Origin: Litorivicinus sp.
Lineage (GTDB): Bacteria; Pseudomonadota; Gammaproteobacteria; Pseudomonadales; Litorivicinaceae
Assembly (NCBI GenBank): GCA_049609265.1
Contig: JBMYYI010000005.1
Location: forward strand, 1,446 to 65,445
Reading direction: 5' to 3'
DNA: 64,000 nt
Under the pieces are notes generated by a model. It saw nothing but the letters and a program-made list of their open reading frames with translations, was not told where the DNA came from and made no database searches. The position numbers and the translations under genes were made by a program. Every line of letters begins with the position of its first letter. The stretch's first letter is position 1. Shown piece by piece: positions 9,880 to 18,808 of the stretch.

Positions 9880-11226
9880 ATGAACACCTTAAACATCATC
9901 AATCCGGCGGTCATCGTGACCATGAATGATCGTCAGGATGAACTGCACGGCTTGAGCGTTCACATCAAAGACGGCCGCATTCACACCCTCGCCCCGGCGG
10001 ATCAACTACCGCCCGCCAGTCGTCAGATTGATGCCCGCGGCAAAATTTTATTGCCCGGCCTAGTCAATACCCATCACCACCTGTATCAAAACCTGACCCG
10101 GGCGGTCACCGGCGCACAGGACGCGCTGCTGTTTGACTGGTTAAAACGCCTTTATCCCATCTGGGGCCGCATGCGTAGCGAGCATATTCGCGTATCCACT
10201 CAGATCGGACTGGGCGAGCTGGCGCTGAGCGGCTGCACGACCTCCAGCGACCACCTGTACATTTACCCCAACGATTGCCACCTAAGCGACAGCATTCAGG
10301 CCGCCCGGGAATTGGGCGTTCGCTTTCACCCCACCCGTGGCGCCATGAGCATTGGCGAGTCCTCCGGCGGACTACCACCGGATGCGCTGGTCGAAGCTGA
10401 AGACGCCATTTTACGGGACTGCCAGGATGTCGTAAGCACCCATCATGATGCCGACGAAGGATCCATGACCCGGGTGGGCCTGGCCCCCTGTTCGCCTTTT
10501 TCTGTCAGCCGTGAGCTGATGCGCGACGCGGCCATCCTAGCCCGCGAGCTTGGCGTGGGCCTGCACACCCATTTGGCGGAAAACGACGAAGACATAGCCT
10601 ATTCACAGGCTCAGTTCGGCTGTCGTCCAGGTGAGTACGCAGAATCATTGGGCTGGGTGGGTGCGGACGTATGGCACGCGCACTGCGTGAAACTAGACGC
10701 GGCCGAAATTGATCTGTTCGCCGCCAGCGGAACCGGTGTCGCCCATTGTCCATGCTCGAACATGCGGCTGGGGTCGGGTATTGCCCCGGTCCGCGAGATG
10801 CGCGATGCCGGGGTCAATGTCGGACTGGGCGTAGATGGCAGCGCCTCGAACGACGCCGCAGATCTGATGAACGAGGCTCGCCAAGCATTGCTGTTGCAAC
10901 GGGTTCGCCTGGGTGCGGATGCCATGAGCGCCCGCGAGGCCCTGCACATTGCCACTCGCGGCGGCGCCGCTGTTTTGGGGCGTGACGACATCGGCCAAAT
11001 CGAGCTCGGCAAACAGGCTGACCTAGGCCTGTATGACATCCAGCAAGTACCCGGCGCAGAGACCTGGGATCCGGTTGCGGCCCTGCTGTTGTGCGGCCCG
11101 CTAAAGCCCAGTGACCTGTGGGTTCAAGGACGGGCGGTGGTGCAGGATTATCGCATCTGCACCCTAGACTGGCCGGTCCTAGTCGAGCAGCATGCTCGCC
11201 TAGCCCGCGAATTAATGGAGCCTTAA
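9880..11226 (+). CDS. amidohydrolase, 8-oxoguanine deaminase-like (COG0402-type)
   Basis: 448 aa. Has the LLPGLVNTHHHLYQNLTR metal-binding start, then HLAEN, HCV and GVDGSASND motifs of the cytosine/guanine-deaminase-related amidohydrolases. Confidence 0.75.
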   Translation: MNTLNIINPAVIVTMNDRQDELHGLSVHIKDGRIHTLAPADQLPPASRQIDARGKILLPGLVNTHHHLYQNLTRAVTGAQDALLFDWLKRLYPIWGRMRSEHIRVSTQIGLGELALSGCTTSSDHLYIYPNDCHLSDSIQAARELGVRFHPTRGAMSIGESSGGLPPDALVEAEDAILRDCQDVVSTHHDADEGSMTRVGLAPCSPFSVSRELMRDAAILARELGVGLHTHLAENDEDIAYSQAQFGCRPGEYAESLGWVGADVWHAHCVKLDAAEIDLFAASGTGVAHCPCSNMRLGSGIAPVREMRDAGVNVGLGVDGSASNDAADLMNEARQALLLQRVRLGADAMSAREALHIATRGGAAVLGRDDIGQIELGKQADLGLYDIQQVPGAETWDPVAALLLCGPLKPSDLWVQGRAVVQDYRICTLDWPVLVEQHARLARELMEP

Positions 11227-12012
11227 ATGAATCCAGAACAGTTCTTCGAGCACCTATGGCAGCAGTACTTGCCGGTTACGCCCCAAGCTGAGGGCGTACA
11301 CGCCATGCTGGCTGCTCGGGGCGAAACCCCCATCAATGACCACGTGGCCTTTCGCACCTTTGACGACTGCCCGATCGACATGGATCACCTAACCCCGGTA
11401 CTCGAGTCGCTGGGCTATCGATTCGAGCAGCATTATGACTTTAGCGCCAAGAAATTGGTTGCCGGTTCGTTCAGCTGCCCCGGTCAGCCCAAGATTTTCC
11501 TCAGCGAACTAAAACGATCGCAATTATCGGACGCCGCTCAAGCCACCCTGCAGACGTTGGTTGACCAGATCCCCCATAACGACCTGGATCCCAGCGTGTT
11601 CTATTCCGGTTGTTTGTGGCAGCGACCCAGCTACCAGCAATACTGCGATCTGGCCGATGAATCGGAATACGCCGGCTGGCTGTCGATCTGGGGCCTGCGG
11701 GCTAATCACTTCACGGTCAGCCTGAACGATCTCAACAGCAACCCCAGTGTCGCCACCATTAACCAATGGGTCAAAGACGCGGGGTTTCAAATCAACAGCG
11801 CCGGCGGCGAGATCAAAGGCACGCCACAGGATCTGCTGGAACAATCATCAACGATGGCCGACAAGGTTAACTTGAGTTTTAGCGAGGGTGACTTCGAAGT
11901 GCCCAGCTGTTTTTATGAATTCGCACGCCGTCACCCGATGGACAACGGCGAGCTGTATCAAGGCTTTGTTGCCGCCAATGCCAACAAAATTTTTGAAAGC
12001 ACGCACCGATAA
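11227..12012 (+). CDS. DUF1338 (HglS/YdcJ-family) putative Fe(II) dioxygenase/decarboxylase
   Basis: 261 aa. The INDHVAFRTFD segment and overall size are typical of DUF1338. Its ATG follows the upstream TAA directly with no spacer. Confidence 0.65.
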   Translation: MNPEQFFEHLWQQYLPVTPQAEGVHAMLAARGETPINDHVAFRTFDDCPIDMDHLTPVLESLGYRFEQHYDFSAKKLVAGSFSCPGQPKIFLSELKRSQLSDAAQATLQTLVDQIPHNDLDPSVFYSGCLWQRPSYQQYCDLADESEYAGWLSIWGLRANHFTVSLNDLNSNPSVATINQWVKDAGFQINSAGGEIKGTPQDLLEQSSTMADKVNLSFSEGDFEVPSCFYEFARRHPMDNGELYQGFVAANANKIFESTHR

Positions 12013-12021
12013 GGATTTAGC

Positions 12022-12429
12022 ATGATATTGCGCACACTCACCGAGCAACTCAGCCTAGCTGATCAACTGTCACTAGAAGACTTGGCCGAGATTGTCGATC
12101 AAGGTTTTAAAACGGTTATTTGTAACCGGCCAGATGAAGAAGGCGAACCTCACCTGAATTCAGCTGAGGCGGCACAAGCCCTAGCCGCCGCCGGCATTGA
12201 ATTTCACTACCTGCCGGTCAATGGCGCGGCGATTAGCGATTTGGATGTGGCCGAACACAATGCGCTTCTTAATCAAGCACAGGGACCGGTCCTGACCTAC
12301 TGCCGCACAGGCACCCGTTGCGCCAAGCTGTGGGCTCTGGGCTCGGATGCGCCGGCGGATGAATTAATTCAGCAGGTCGCCAACACCGGACTGAATATCG
12401 AGGATATTCGTGACCGGCTTAACGGCTGA
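12022..12429 (+). CDS. DUF442 / TIGR01244-family protein (Blh N-terminal-like, sulfur-transferase/phosphatase fold)
   Basis: 135 aa. The FKTVICNRPDEE ... YCRTGTRC (CxxxxxR-like loop) pattern is typical of stand-alone DUF442 proteins. An AAGGA Shine-Dalgarno lies upstream. Confidence 0.7.
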   Translation: MILRTLTEQLSLADQLSLEDLAEIVDQGFKTVICNRPDEEGEPHLNSAEAAQALAAAGIEFHYLPVNGAAISDLDVAEHNALLNQAQGPVLTYCRTGTRCAKLWALGSDAPADELIQQVANTGLNIEDIRDRLNG

Positions 12430-12829
12430 TCAGCTTATCGTTAAGCAGCATCCCTGCCACCATGGCCAGCACAAAAGCGCCGGCCGTGGCAGGCTGCAAT
12501 AGCAGGCTGGCCAAACCCGGGCCTGGACAAAAACCACCCAGACCCCAACCGGCCCCAAACAACACACTGCCCACGACCAAGGGGCGGTCAACATGTTGCT
12601 GAGCTGCCTGAAATAGTGGCTGATTTAGCACCGTACTGCCCCGTCGCATCATCAGGGTGTATCCCACCCAAGCCACAGGGATGCCCGCTGCCATTACGAA
12701 AATCAAACTCGGGTCCCACTGCCCGGTGATGTCCAAAAATCCTTGAACCTTGGCCGGATTCGTCATCCCCGCCACATACAATCCCGCGCCAAATAATGCG
12801 CCCATGAGCAAAGCAAAAACCCGAATCAT
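12419..12829 (-). CDS. YeeE/YedE-family half-size sulfur-compound transport membrane protein
   Basis: Hydrophobic ~136-aa protein. I chose the start at internal M37 of the track ORF (MIRVFALLMGALFGAGL...) because it gives an ATGA overlap with the upstream paralog. Contains a GGFCPGPG motif. Confidence 0.7.
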   Translation of the reverse strand: MIRVFALLMGALFGAGLYVAGMTNPAKVQGFLDITGQWDPSLIFVMAAGIPVAWVGYTLMMRRGSTVLNQPLFQAAQQHVDRPLVVGSVLFGAGWGLGGFCPGPGLASLLLQPATAGAFVLAMVAGMLLNDKLISR

Positions 12830-13254
12830 CCGAACACTCCCAAGACATGACGCAAGAAGGCCACCACGACCACACCGGAACCCACAAAAATGCAGGTGGC
12901 CACGATCGAACGAACGGACAGACGGGCCATGCCACAAATCCCGTGCCCACTGGTGCAGCCACTACCCATGCGCGTGCCAACACCCACCAACAATCCAGCG
13001 AGCACCACCACACCGATCGACGGAGCTGTGAAGCCATGTTCCGACGGCACCAAGGCGTGCATCACGGCAGGCATTCCAACCATGCCGATCAAAAACCACA
13101 GGCCCCACTGAGCGTGCCCCATGTCACCTCCCAGCAAACGCCCAAAAATGCCACTAATACCGGTCACCTTGCCCAGCGCCAGGTAGCCAATCGCTGCCGA
13201 CAGTCCAATTAAACTGCCCCCGATCAGGGCCGATATGGGCGTAAATTCTGTCAT
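12826..13254 (-). CDS. YeeE/YedE-family half-size sulfur-compound transport membrane protein
   Basis: 142-aa hydrophobic protein with a GSGCTSGHGICG motif, the conserved Cys loop of YeeE/YedE. Confidence 0.7.
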   Translation of the reverse strand: MTEFTPISALIGGSLIGLSAAIGYLALGKVTGISGIFGRLLGGDMGHAQWGLWFLIGMVGMPAVMHALVPSEHGFTAPSIGVVVLAGLLVGVGTRMGSGCTSGHGICGMARLSVRSIVATCIFVGSGVVVVAFLRHVLGVFG

Positions 13255-13273
13255 CCGCTTTTTCTCCTACGTG

Positions 13274-13326
13274 CGTTATAACGGTCTTGGTTTGTAGATT
13301 GCCACACTATACTTTTTGTTATAACG
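13274..13326. promoter_or_regulatory. two copies of a GTTATAAC palindrome in a divergent promoter region (candidate operator)
   Basis: CGTTATAACG at 13274-13283 and GTTATAACG at 13318-13326. Both lie inside the AT-rich 103-nt gap between the divergent YeeE/YedE and MBL genes. Confidence 0.3.
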
Positions 13327-13357
13327 TTATTCCATAAAGTTATTTATTGAGGTTGCC

Positions 13358-14215
13358 ATGACTTCCCCTATCGTCCACCCCCTGTTTGACTCGGCCACCT
13401 GGACTCTGACCTATGTAGTCGAGGATCCGGCGACTCGCGCCTGCGCCATTATCGACTCGGTATTGGATTTCGATGCCGCCAGCGGGCGCACCCAAACGGC
13501 CAGCGCTGACAAGGTGATCGACCTAGTCCGCGAACGCCAACTCGACGTCCAGTGGATTCTGGAAACCCATGTCCATGCCGACCACCTCAGCGGCGCGCCT
13601 TACCTGCTAGAAAAACTCGGTGGACAGCTAGCCATTGGCGATCACATTGTCGACGTTCAAGGCATTTTTGGCGAGCTATTCAACGCCGAACCTGAATTCG
13701 CCCGGGATGGATCGCAATTCGGCCGCCTGCTGGCTGACGGCGACAAGATAAACATTGGTGATTTAACGCTGACGGCCATGCACACGCCAGGCCATACACC
13801 GGCTTGCATGAGCTATCTGATCGGCGATGCGGTTTTTGTGGGCGACACGCTGTTCCAGCCTGACTTCGGCACCGCCCGATGCGACTTTCCCGGCGGCAGC
13901 GCAACCACTTTGTGGGATAGCGTCCAAAAACTCTTGGCACTGCCGGAGCACACTCGAGTCTTTACCGGCCACGACTACCAACCCGGTGGCCGTGATCTGG
14001 AGTTTATGAGTAGCGTGGCGCAGCAACGCGATCAAAATATTCACCTGCAACAGGGACGTGAGGCCTTTGTTGCCATGCGTGAGGCACGCGATGCTACACT
14101 CTCGATGCCCACCTTGATTCTGCAATCGGTCCAGACCAACATGCGGGCCGGTCACCTGCCTCCTGCGGAGGACAACGGGATCCGCTACCTGAAGATACCG
14201 ATCGACGCAGTCTAA
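13358..14215 (+). CDS. MBL-fold metallo-hydrolase, persulfide dioxygenase (ETHE1/Blh)-like
   Basis: 285 aa with the ETHVHADHLSG (HxHxDH) motif, MHTPGHTPAC and TGHDY. The length and motifs match rhodanese-less persulfide dioxygenases. Confidence 0.8.
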   Translation: MTSPIVHPLFDSATWTLTYVVEDPATRACAIIDSVLDFDAASGRTQTASADKVIDLVRERQLDVQWILETHVHADHLSGAPYLLEKLGGQLAIGDHIVDVQGIFGELFNAEPEFARDGSQFGRLLADGDKINIGDLTLTAMHTPGHTPACMSYLIGDAVFVGDTLFQPDFGTARCDFPGGSATTLWDSVQKLLALPEHTRVFTGHDYQPGGRDLEFMSSVAQQRDQNIHLQQGREAFVAMREARDATLSMPTLILQSVQTNMRAGHLPPAEDNGIRYLKIPIDAV

Positions 14216-14227
14216 CGACGAGACCCA

Positions 14228-15910
14228 ATGCAGCACTGGATTCAACACTACAACGCTGACAAAGCCCGCGACGACGCGCTCGCGGCCGTCATCGTCACGG
14301 TCATGCTGATCCCACAATCATTGGCCTATGCCATGTTGGCAGGGCTGCCGGCTGAAGTGGGTTTATACGCCTCTATTTTGCCACTGGTGGCCTATGCCAT
14401 TTTTGGCACCAGCATGACTTTGGCCGTCGGGCCCGTCGCCGTTATCTCACTGATGACGGCAACCAGTGTCGGCGCTGTGGCGGGCGGGGACAGCCAGGTT
14501 TACCTAGGTGCTGCGGTCCTGCTGGCCCTGATGTCCGGCGGCTTCATGATCATTTTGGGGTTCATGAGGGCAGGGTTTCTTGCGAGCCTGCTCAGCCACC
14601 CGGTCATCAGTGGCTTTATCAGCGCCTCTGCCATCCTAATTGCCGTTAGTCAGTTCAAACACCTACTGGGCATTGAGGCCTCCGGCCACAGCCTGCCCCA
14701 ATTGATGGCCAATTTATTTGAAAACCTGCATCAATTTTCCTGGCCAACCTTTCTCCTCGGCGCAGCCTGTCTGGCCTTTTTGGTTTGGGTACGGGGCGGT
14801 CTTAAGCCACTGCTCATGCGCCTAGGCATCACGGAAAAGCGGGCTGGGACACTGGCCAAACTGGGGCCGATGTTGGCCGTTATAGCCAGCACGGCGGTGG
14901 TTTATGCGTTTGAGCTAGATCAGGCAGGCATCGCGATTGTCGGCCAGATCCCCGCAGGGTTACCCATCCCGAGCCTACCTAGCATCGATTTCAGCCTGGC
15001 CCGCGAGCTATGGCCGGCAGCGATGCTAATCAGTTTGATTGGATTCGTAGAGTCAGTGTCGGTTGGGCATACCCTGGCGGCGAAACGTCGCGAGCGTATT
15101 CAGCCTAACCGAGAGTTGCTTGGCTTAGGCGCCGCCAACATTGCCAGCGGTATGGGTGGCGGCTTCCCCGTCACCGGTGGCTTCAGTCGCAGCGTGGTGA
15201 ACTTTGACGCCGGTGCCCGCACTCCGATGGCTGGGGTTTTCACCTCTGTGCTAATCGGCATCACCGCCCTTAGCCTGACCCCGCTATTCACGTATTTACC
15301 CAAGGCCGTCCTGGCCGCCACTGTCATTGTGGCCGTGGTTTCCTTGGTTGATCTCAAAGCCATTCACCATGTGCTCAAATTTTCGAAGCAGGACTCGCTG
15401 GCGATGGGCATTACGATCGTCATGGTGCTCGCCGCCGGTGTTGAGCTGGGCATCGCTGCCGGCATCGCGTGCTCAATTCTGTGTCTATTGATGCAGGTTG
15501 CGCGCCCCCATGTCGCGGAGATTGGCCAGATTGAAGGAACCGAGCACTACCGCAACATCAAACGCCATGAGGTGGCGCAGGATCCACACACGGTCTCGAT
15601 CCGATTTGACGAGCGGCTGCACTTCCTCAACAGCCAGCAGTTAGAAGATACCGCCGGCGAGTTGCTGGCACGTCCGGGCTTAAAGCACGTGATTCTGCAT
15701 TGCGGTGCCATCAACCAGGTCGACGCCTCCGGCCTGGACGCGCTGGAAGCGGTGAATGACCGGCTCAAAGCGGCAGGCATCTGCCTGCACTTATCTGAAG
15801 TGAAAGGGCCGGTCATGGATCGCTTAAAACACAGCGATTTGCTAGAGCATCTCGGCGGTTCGGTCCATCTAAGCCATCATCAGGCAACCCAAGCGGTGCG
15901 GGCTTCTTAG
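14228..15910 (+). CDS. SulP-family anion (sulfate/sulfite) permease with C-terminal STAS domain
   Basis: 560 aa. Has the N-terminal SulP signature region (IPQSLAYAMLAGLP), many transmembrane segments and a soluble STAS-like tail. Confidence 0.9.
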   Translation: MQHWIQHYNADKARDDALAAVIVTVMLIPQSLAYAMLAGLPAEVGLYASILPLVAYAIFGTSMTLAVGPVAVISLMTATSVGAVAGGDSQVYLGAAVLLALMSGGFMIILGFMRAGFLASLLSHPVISGFISASAILIAVSQFKHLLGIEASGHSLPQLMANLFENLHQFSWPTFLLGAACLAFLVWVRGGLKPLLMRLGITEKRAGTLAKLGPMLAVIASTAVVYAFELDQAGIAIVGQIPAGLPIPSLPSIDFSLARELWPAAMLISLIGFVESVSVGHTLAAKRRERIQPNRELLGLGAANIASGMGGGFPVTGGFSRSVVNFDAGARTPMAGVFTSVLIGITALSLTPLFTYLPKAVLAATVIVAVVSLVDLKAIHHVLKFSKQDSLAMGITIVMVLAAGVELGIAAGIACSILCLLMQVARPHVAEIGQIEGTEHYRNIKRHEVAQDPHTVSIRFDERLHFLNSQQLEDTAGELLARPGLKHVILHCGAINQVDASGLDALEAVNDRLKAAGICLHLSEVKGPVMDRLKHSDLLEHLGGSVHLSHHQATQAVRAS

Positions 15911-15930
15911 CCTTCTGATAAGGTGCCGGC

Positions 15931-17241
15931 ATGAAAACATTGATCTCTAAGGCGCACGTCGATGCCGCCAAATCCAGCCTGCGTATTGAGCGGCTAGAAA
16001 ATGCCACCATTCGCCAGCTCGTCATGCTGATCAACGAGCTTGAAAGCCTCAGTGGCGAATCCTTTGTTCGGATGGAGCTGGGCGTGCCTGGCCTCGCTCC
16101 TGCCAGCCAAGCCATTGCCGCAGAACATGCGGCATTGGACAGTCCGGTGGTCGCCCAATATCCGGCATTGAACGGCAACCCCGGGTTGCGCAACGCGCTG
16201 TCCGCGTTCTTTTCTGCGTTCATGAATGTGACCATTGAGCCTGACAATTGCCTGCCCACTGCAGGCTCCATGCAGGCCAGCTTGGCGGCGTTTTGGTTGA
16301 TTACCCAAATCCACCCCAAGCGTAAAAAGATCCTATTCTTGGATCCTGGCTTTCCGACCCAAATGCAGCAGGTTAAATCCTTGGGTATCGAATTCGAGCG
16401 GATCGACGTATTTGACGATCAACCCCGCCGCGTCGCCGAAAAAATTCGGCCCCTGCTGGAAACCGGTGAATTTGCGGGCTTGATCTATTCGAATCCTTCA
16501 AATCCCGTATGGAACTGCCTGACCGAGACCGAACTGTCCGATATCGCCCAACTTTGCGAAGCCTTTGAGTGCATCGCACTGGAAGATCTAGCCTACTTTG
16601 GCATGGATTTCCGCGAGGATTACTCAAAGCCTCACCAGCCGCCCTACCCGCCAAGCATCCGCCACCATACCGATCGCTGTATCCTGCTGTTTTCCGGCTC
16701 AAAGCTGTTCAACTACGCAGGCCAGCGCACCGGCGCCATGCTGATTCCGGAAACCATCATGAACCTGACGAGCGCAGGCTTGGAAGCTCGCTTTGGACAC
16801 AGCCTATTTAGGCATGCCTTGTTGTTTGGCGTGATTCAGACCACGACGGCGGGTTTGTGCCAGTCAGCCCAAGCCGGCTTCGAGGGAGCCCTGCGCGCCA
16901 TGCTGGACGGGCAATGGAATCCGTTGGAGGAGGCCCGAGCTTACGAACAGCGCGCTGCCAAACTGAAAGCGCTGATGCTGGCGAATGGGTTTGAAATTCT
17001 GTACGGCAAGGACAACGAAAGGCCGATCTCAGACGGGTTCTATTTTGCTTTTGGGCACCCCGCTTATCCCGAAGATGGCTTAGCCGAGGCGCTCATGAGC
17101 TTTGGCATCAGTGCGACCCCGCTGACCGACGCCGGTGCCAATCAAAAGCAGGGCTTGCGCGCCTGTGTGGGACTGATGACGGACGAGGATCTGCTGCGCA
17201 TTGAACGTCGCCTGCAAGACTTCGCCCAAGCCCATACTTAA
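15931..17241 (+). CDS. PLP-dependent aminotransferase, class I/II fold
   Basis: 436 aa. Has an SNPSNPVW segment and an FSGSKLFNYAGQRTG candidate PLP-lysine motif. Substrate unknown. Confidence 0.8.
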   Translation: MKTLISKAHVDAAKSSLRIERLENATIRQLVMLINELESLSGESFVRMELGVPGLAPASQAIAAEHAALDSPVVAQYPALNGNPGLRNALSAFFSAFMNVTIEPDNCLPTAGSMQASLAAFWLITQIHPKRKKILFLDPGFPTQMQQVKSLGIEFERIDVFDDQPRRVAEKIRPLLETGEFAGLIYSNPSNPVWNCLTETELSDIAQLCEAFECIALEDLAYFGMDFREDYSKPHQPPYPPSIRHHTDRCILLFSGSKLFNYAGQRTGAMLIPETIMNLTSAGLEARFGHSLFRHALLFGVIQTTTAGLCQSAQAGFEGALRAMLDGQWNPLEEARAYEQRAAKLKALMLANGFEILYGKDNERPISDGFYFAFGHPAYPEDGLAEALMSFGISATPLTDAGANQKQGLRACVGLMTDEDLLRIERRLQDFAQAHT

Positions 17242-17259
17242 GTCTGATATTATTCGCAC

Positions 17260-18024
17260 ATGACGGCTGTACTCGAACTCAAAGACATCCACAAAGCTTA
17301 CGGCGACCTTGAAGTACTCAAGGGGGTCAGTCTGCGCGCCGAGAAAGGCGATGTCATCGCACTGATCGGTTCATCAGGCTCGGGCAAGTCGACCCTGATA
17401 CGATGCGCCAACTTGCTTGAGCAGCCCCAGGCGGGTGAGATCATCTTTCAGGGCGAAGCCATTCGTTTTAAGGGCCAGGGGCATGATCGAGCCCCAGCAG
17501 ACCCTGCCCAGGTGCGTCAGCTGCGAACCCATCTGGCGATGGTGTTCCAACAGTTCAACCTGTGGTCGCATATGAGCATTATCGACAACGTCATCGAGGC
17601 GCCTGTCACTGTGCAGGGGCGCCCGCGCGAAGAGGCCCGCACCCTGGGTCAGGCGCTACTGGAAAAAGTAGGAATCGGTGACAAAGCCGATCGCTACCCC
17701 GCTGAGCTCTCCGGTGGTCAACAGCAGCGTGCGGCCATTGCCCGCGGTCTGGCGATGCAACCCACCGCGATGCTGTTTGATGAGCCCACCAGTGCCCTGG
17801 ACCCCGAGCTGGAAGCCGAGGTCGTCCGAGTGATCCAAGCCCTGGCCGCAGAGGGCACCACGATGATCATTGTGACGCACGACATGAAACTTGCGCGGGA
17901 CGTGGCAAATCACTTAGTTTTCTTGCACCACGGACGTATTGAAGAGCAGGGTGACCCTGCAACAGTTCTCGACAACCCCCAATCCGAGCGCCTGAAGCAA
18001 TTCCTAAGCGCAACGAAAGGTTAA
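17260..18024 (+). CDS. polar amino-acid ABC transporter ATP-binding protein
   Basis: 254 aa. Has Walker A GSSGSGKST, signature LSGGQQQR and Walker B MLFDEPTSALD. Confidence 0.9.
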   Translation: MTAVLELKDIHKAYGDLEVLKGVSLRAEKGDVIALIGSSGSGKSTLIRCANLLEQPQAGEIIFQGEAIRFKGQGHDRAPADPAQVRQLRTHLAMVFQQFNLWSHMSIIDNVIEAPVTVQGRPREEARTLGQALLEKVGIGDKADRYPAELSGGQQQRAAIARGLAMQPTAMLFDEPTSALDPELEAEVVRVIQALAAEGTTMIIVTHDMKLARDVANHLVFLHHGRIEEQGDPATVLDNPQSERLKQFLSATKG

Positions 18025-18042
18025 AAACAAAAAGGTAGAAGA

Positions 18043-18768
18043 ATGAAAAAAGCCCTGATGACTGCCCTGGCCGCCGGCCTATTTACCCTCCCTGCAATGG
18101 CCGACACGGTTCGTTTGGGAACTGAAGGCGCCTATCCTCCCTACAACTTCATTAACGACAATGGCGAAGTCGACGGCTACGAGCGTGAAGTGGGCGATTT
18201 GCTGTGTGAAGTCGCAAAACTAGACTGCACCTGGGTGACCAACGAGTGGGATAGCATCATTCCCAACCTAGTGGGCGGCAACTACGACACGATCATTGCT
18301 GGCATGAGCATCACCGCTGAGCGCGATGAAGTGATCGACTTTACCCAGGCCTACCTGCCGCCGGATCCCAGCTTTTACGTCGCCCTGGCCGGTACTGACC
18401 CCAGCGTCCTGACCTCAGGCGTCATCGCTGCCCAAACCAACACCATCCAGGCTGGTGAAGTCGCCAAGGGTTCCGCCACACTGGTTGAATTCGCAAGCCC
18501 CGACGAGACAGTCGCTGCCGTCAAAAACGGCGAAGCCGATGCGGTATTGGCTGACGGCGCGTTCCTGCAGGATGCGGTCGATGCATCAAATGGTGAACTC
18601 GTCATCATCGACAAAGTTCTACTCGGTGGCGGTATCGGCATCGGTGTTCGTGAATCAGACACTGAGCTGAAGGGCAAGCTAAACGCTGCTATCGACACCA
18701 TCAAAGCCGATGGTCGTCTGAACACCATCATCAAAAAGTGGTTCAGCGAAGAGCAGGCAGTCTACTAA
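18043..18768 (+). CDS. polar amino-acid (His/Arg/Lys/opine-type) ABC substrate-binding protein
   Basis: 241 aa with a signal peptide ending AMA-D. The GTEGAYPPYNF start is typical of family-3 binding proteins. Confidence 0.85.
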   Translation: MKKALMTALAAGLFTLPAMADTVRLGTEGAYPPYNFINDNGEVDGYEREVGDLLCEVAKLDCTWVTNEWDSIIPNLVGGNYDTIIAGMSITAERDEVIDFTQAYLPPDPSFYVALAGTDPSVLTSGVIAAQTNTIQAGEVAKGSATLVEFASPDETVAAVKNGEADAVLADGAFLQDAVDASNGELVIIDKVLLGGGIGIGVRESDTELKGKLNAAIDTIKADGRLNTIIKKWFSEEQAVY

Positions 18769-18783
18769 GACGCCTGGCTAGAG

Positions 18784-18808
18784 GGCCCCGCCTTGGCGGG
18801 GCTTTTTT
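18784..18808 (+). terminator. intra-operon hairpin with a T-run after the binding-protein gene (attenuating terminator)
   Basis: The GCCCCGCC..GGCGGGGC stem is followed by TTTTTT and ends at the ATG of the next gene. Confidence 0.6.

Noticed and set aside
18769-18808. Possible small riboswitch or guanidine-type element (ACGCCTGGCTAG...GGCCCCGCC...) near the ABC genes. More generally, I looked for guanidine, purine or cobalamin riboswitches upstream of speB, xdh and the transporters.
   Set aside because: There is only a single GC hairpin followed by a T-run, which is adequately explained as an intra-operon terminator after the binding-protein gene. I could not recognise conserved riboswitch cores at the other leaders, which are mostly too short (under 40 nt).
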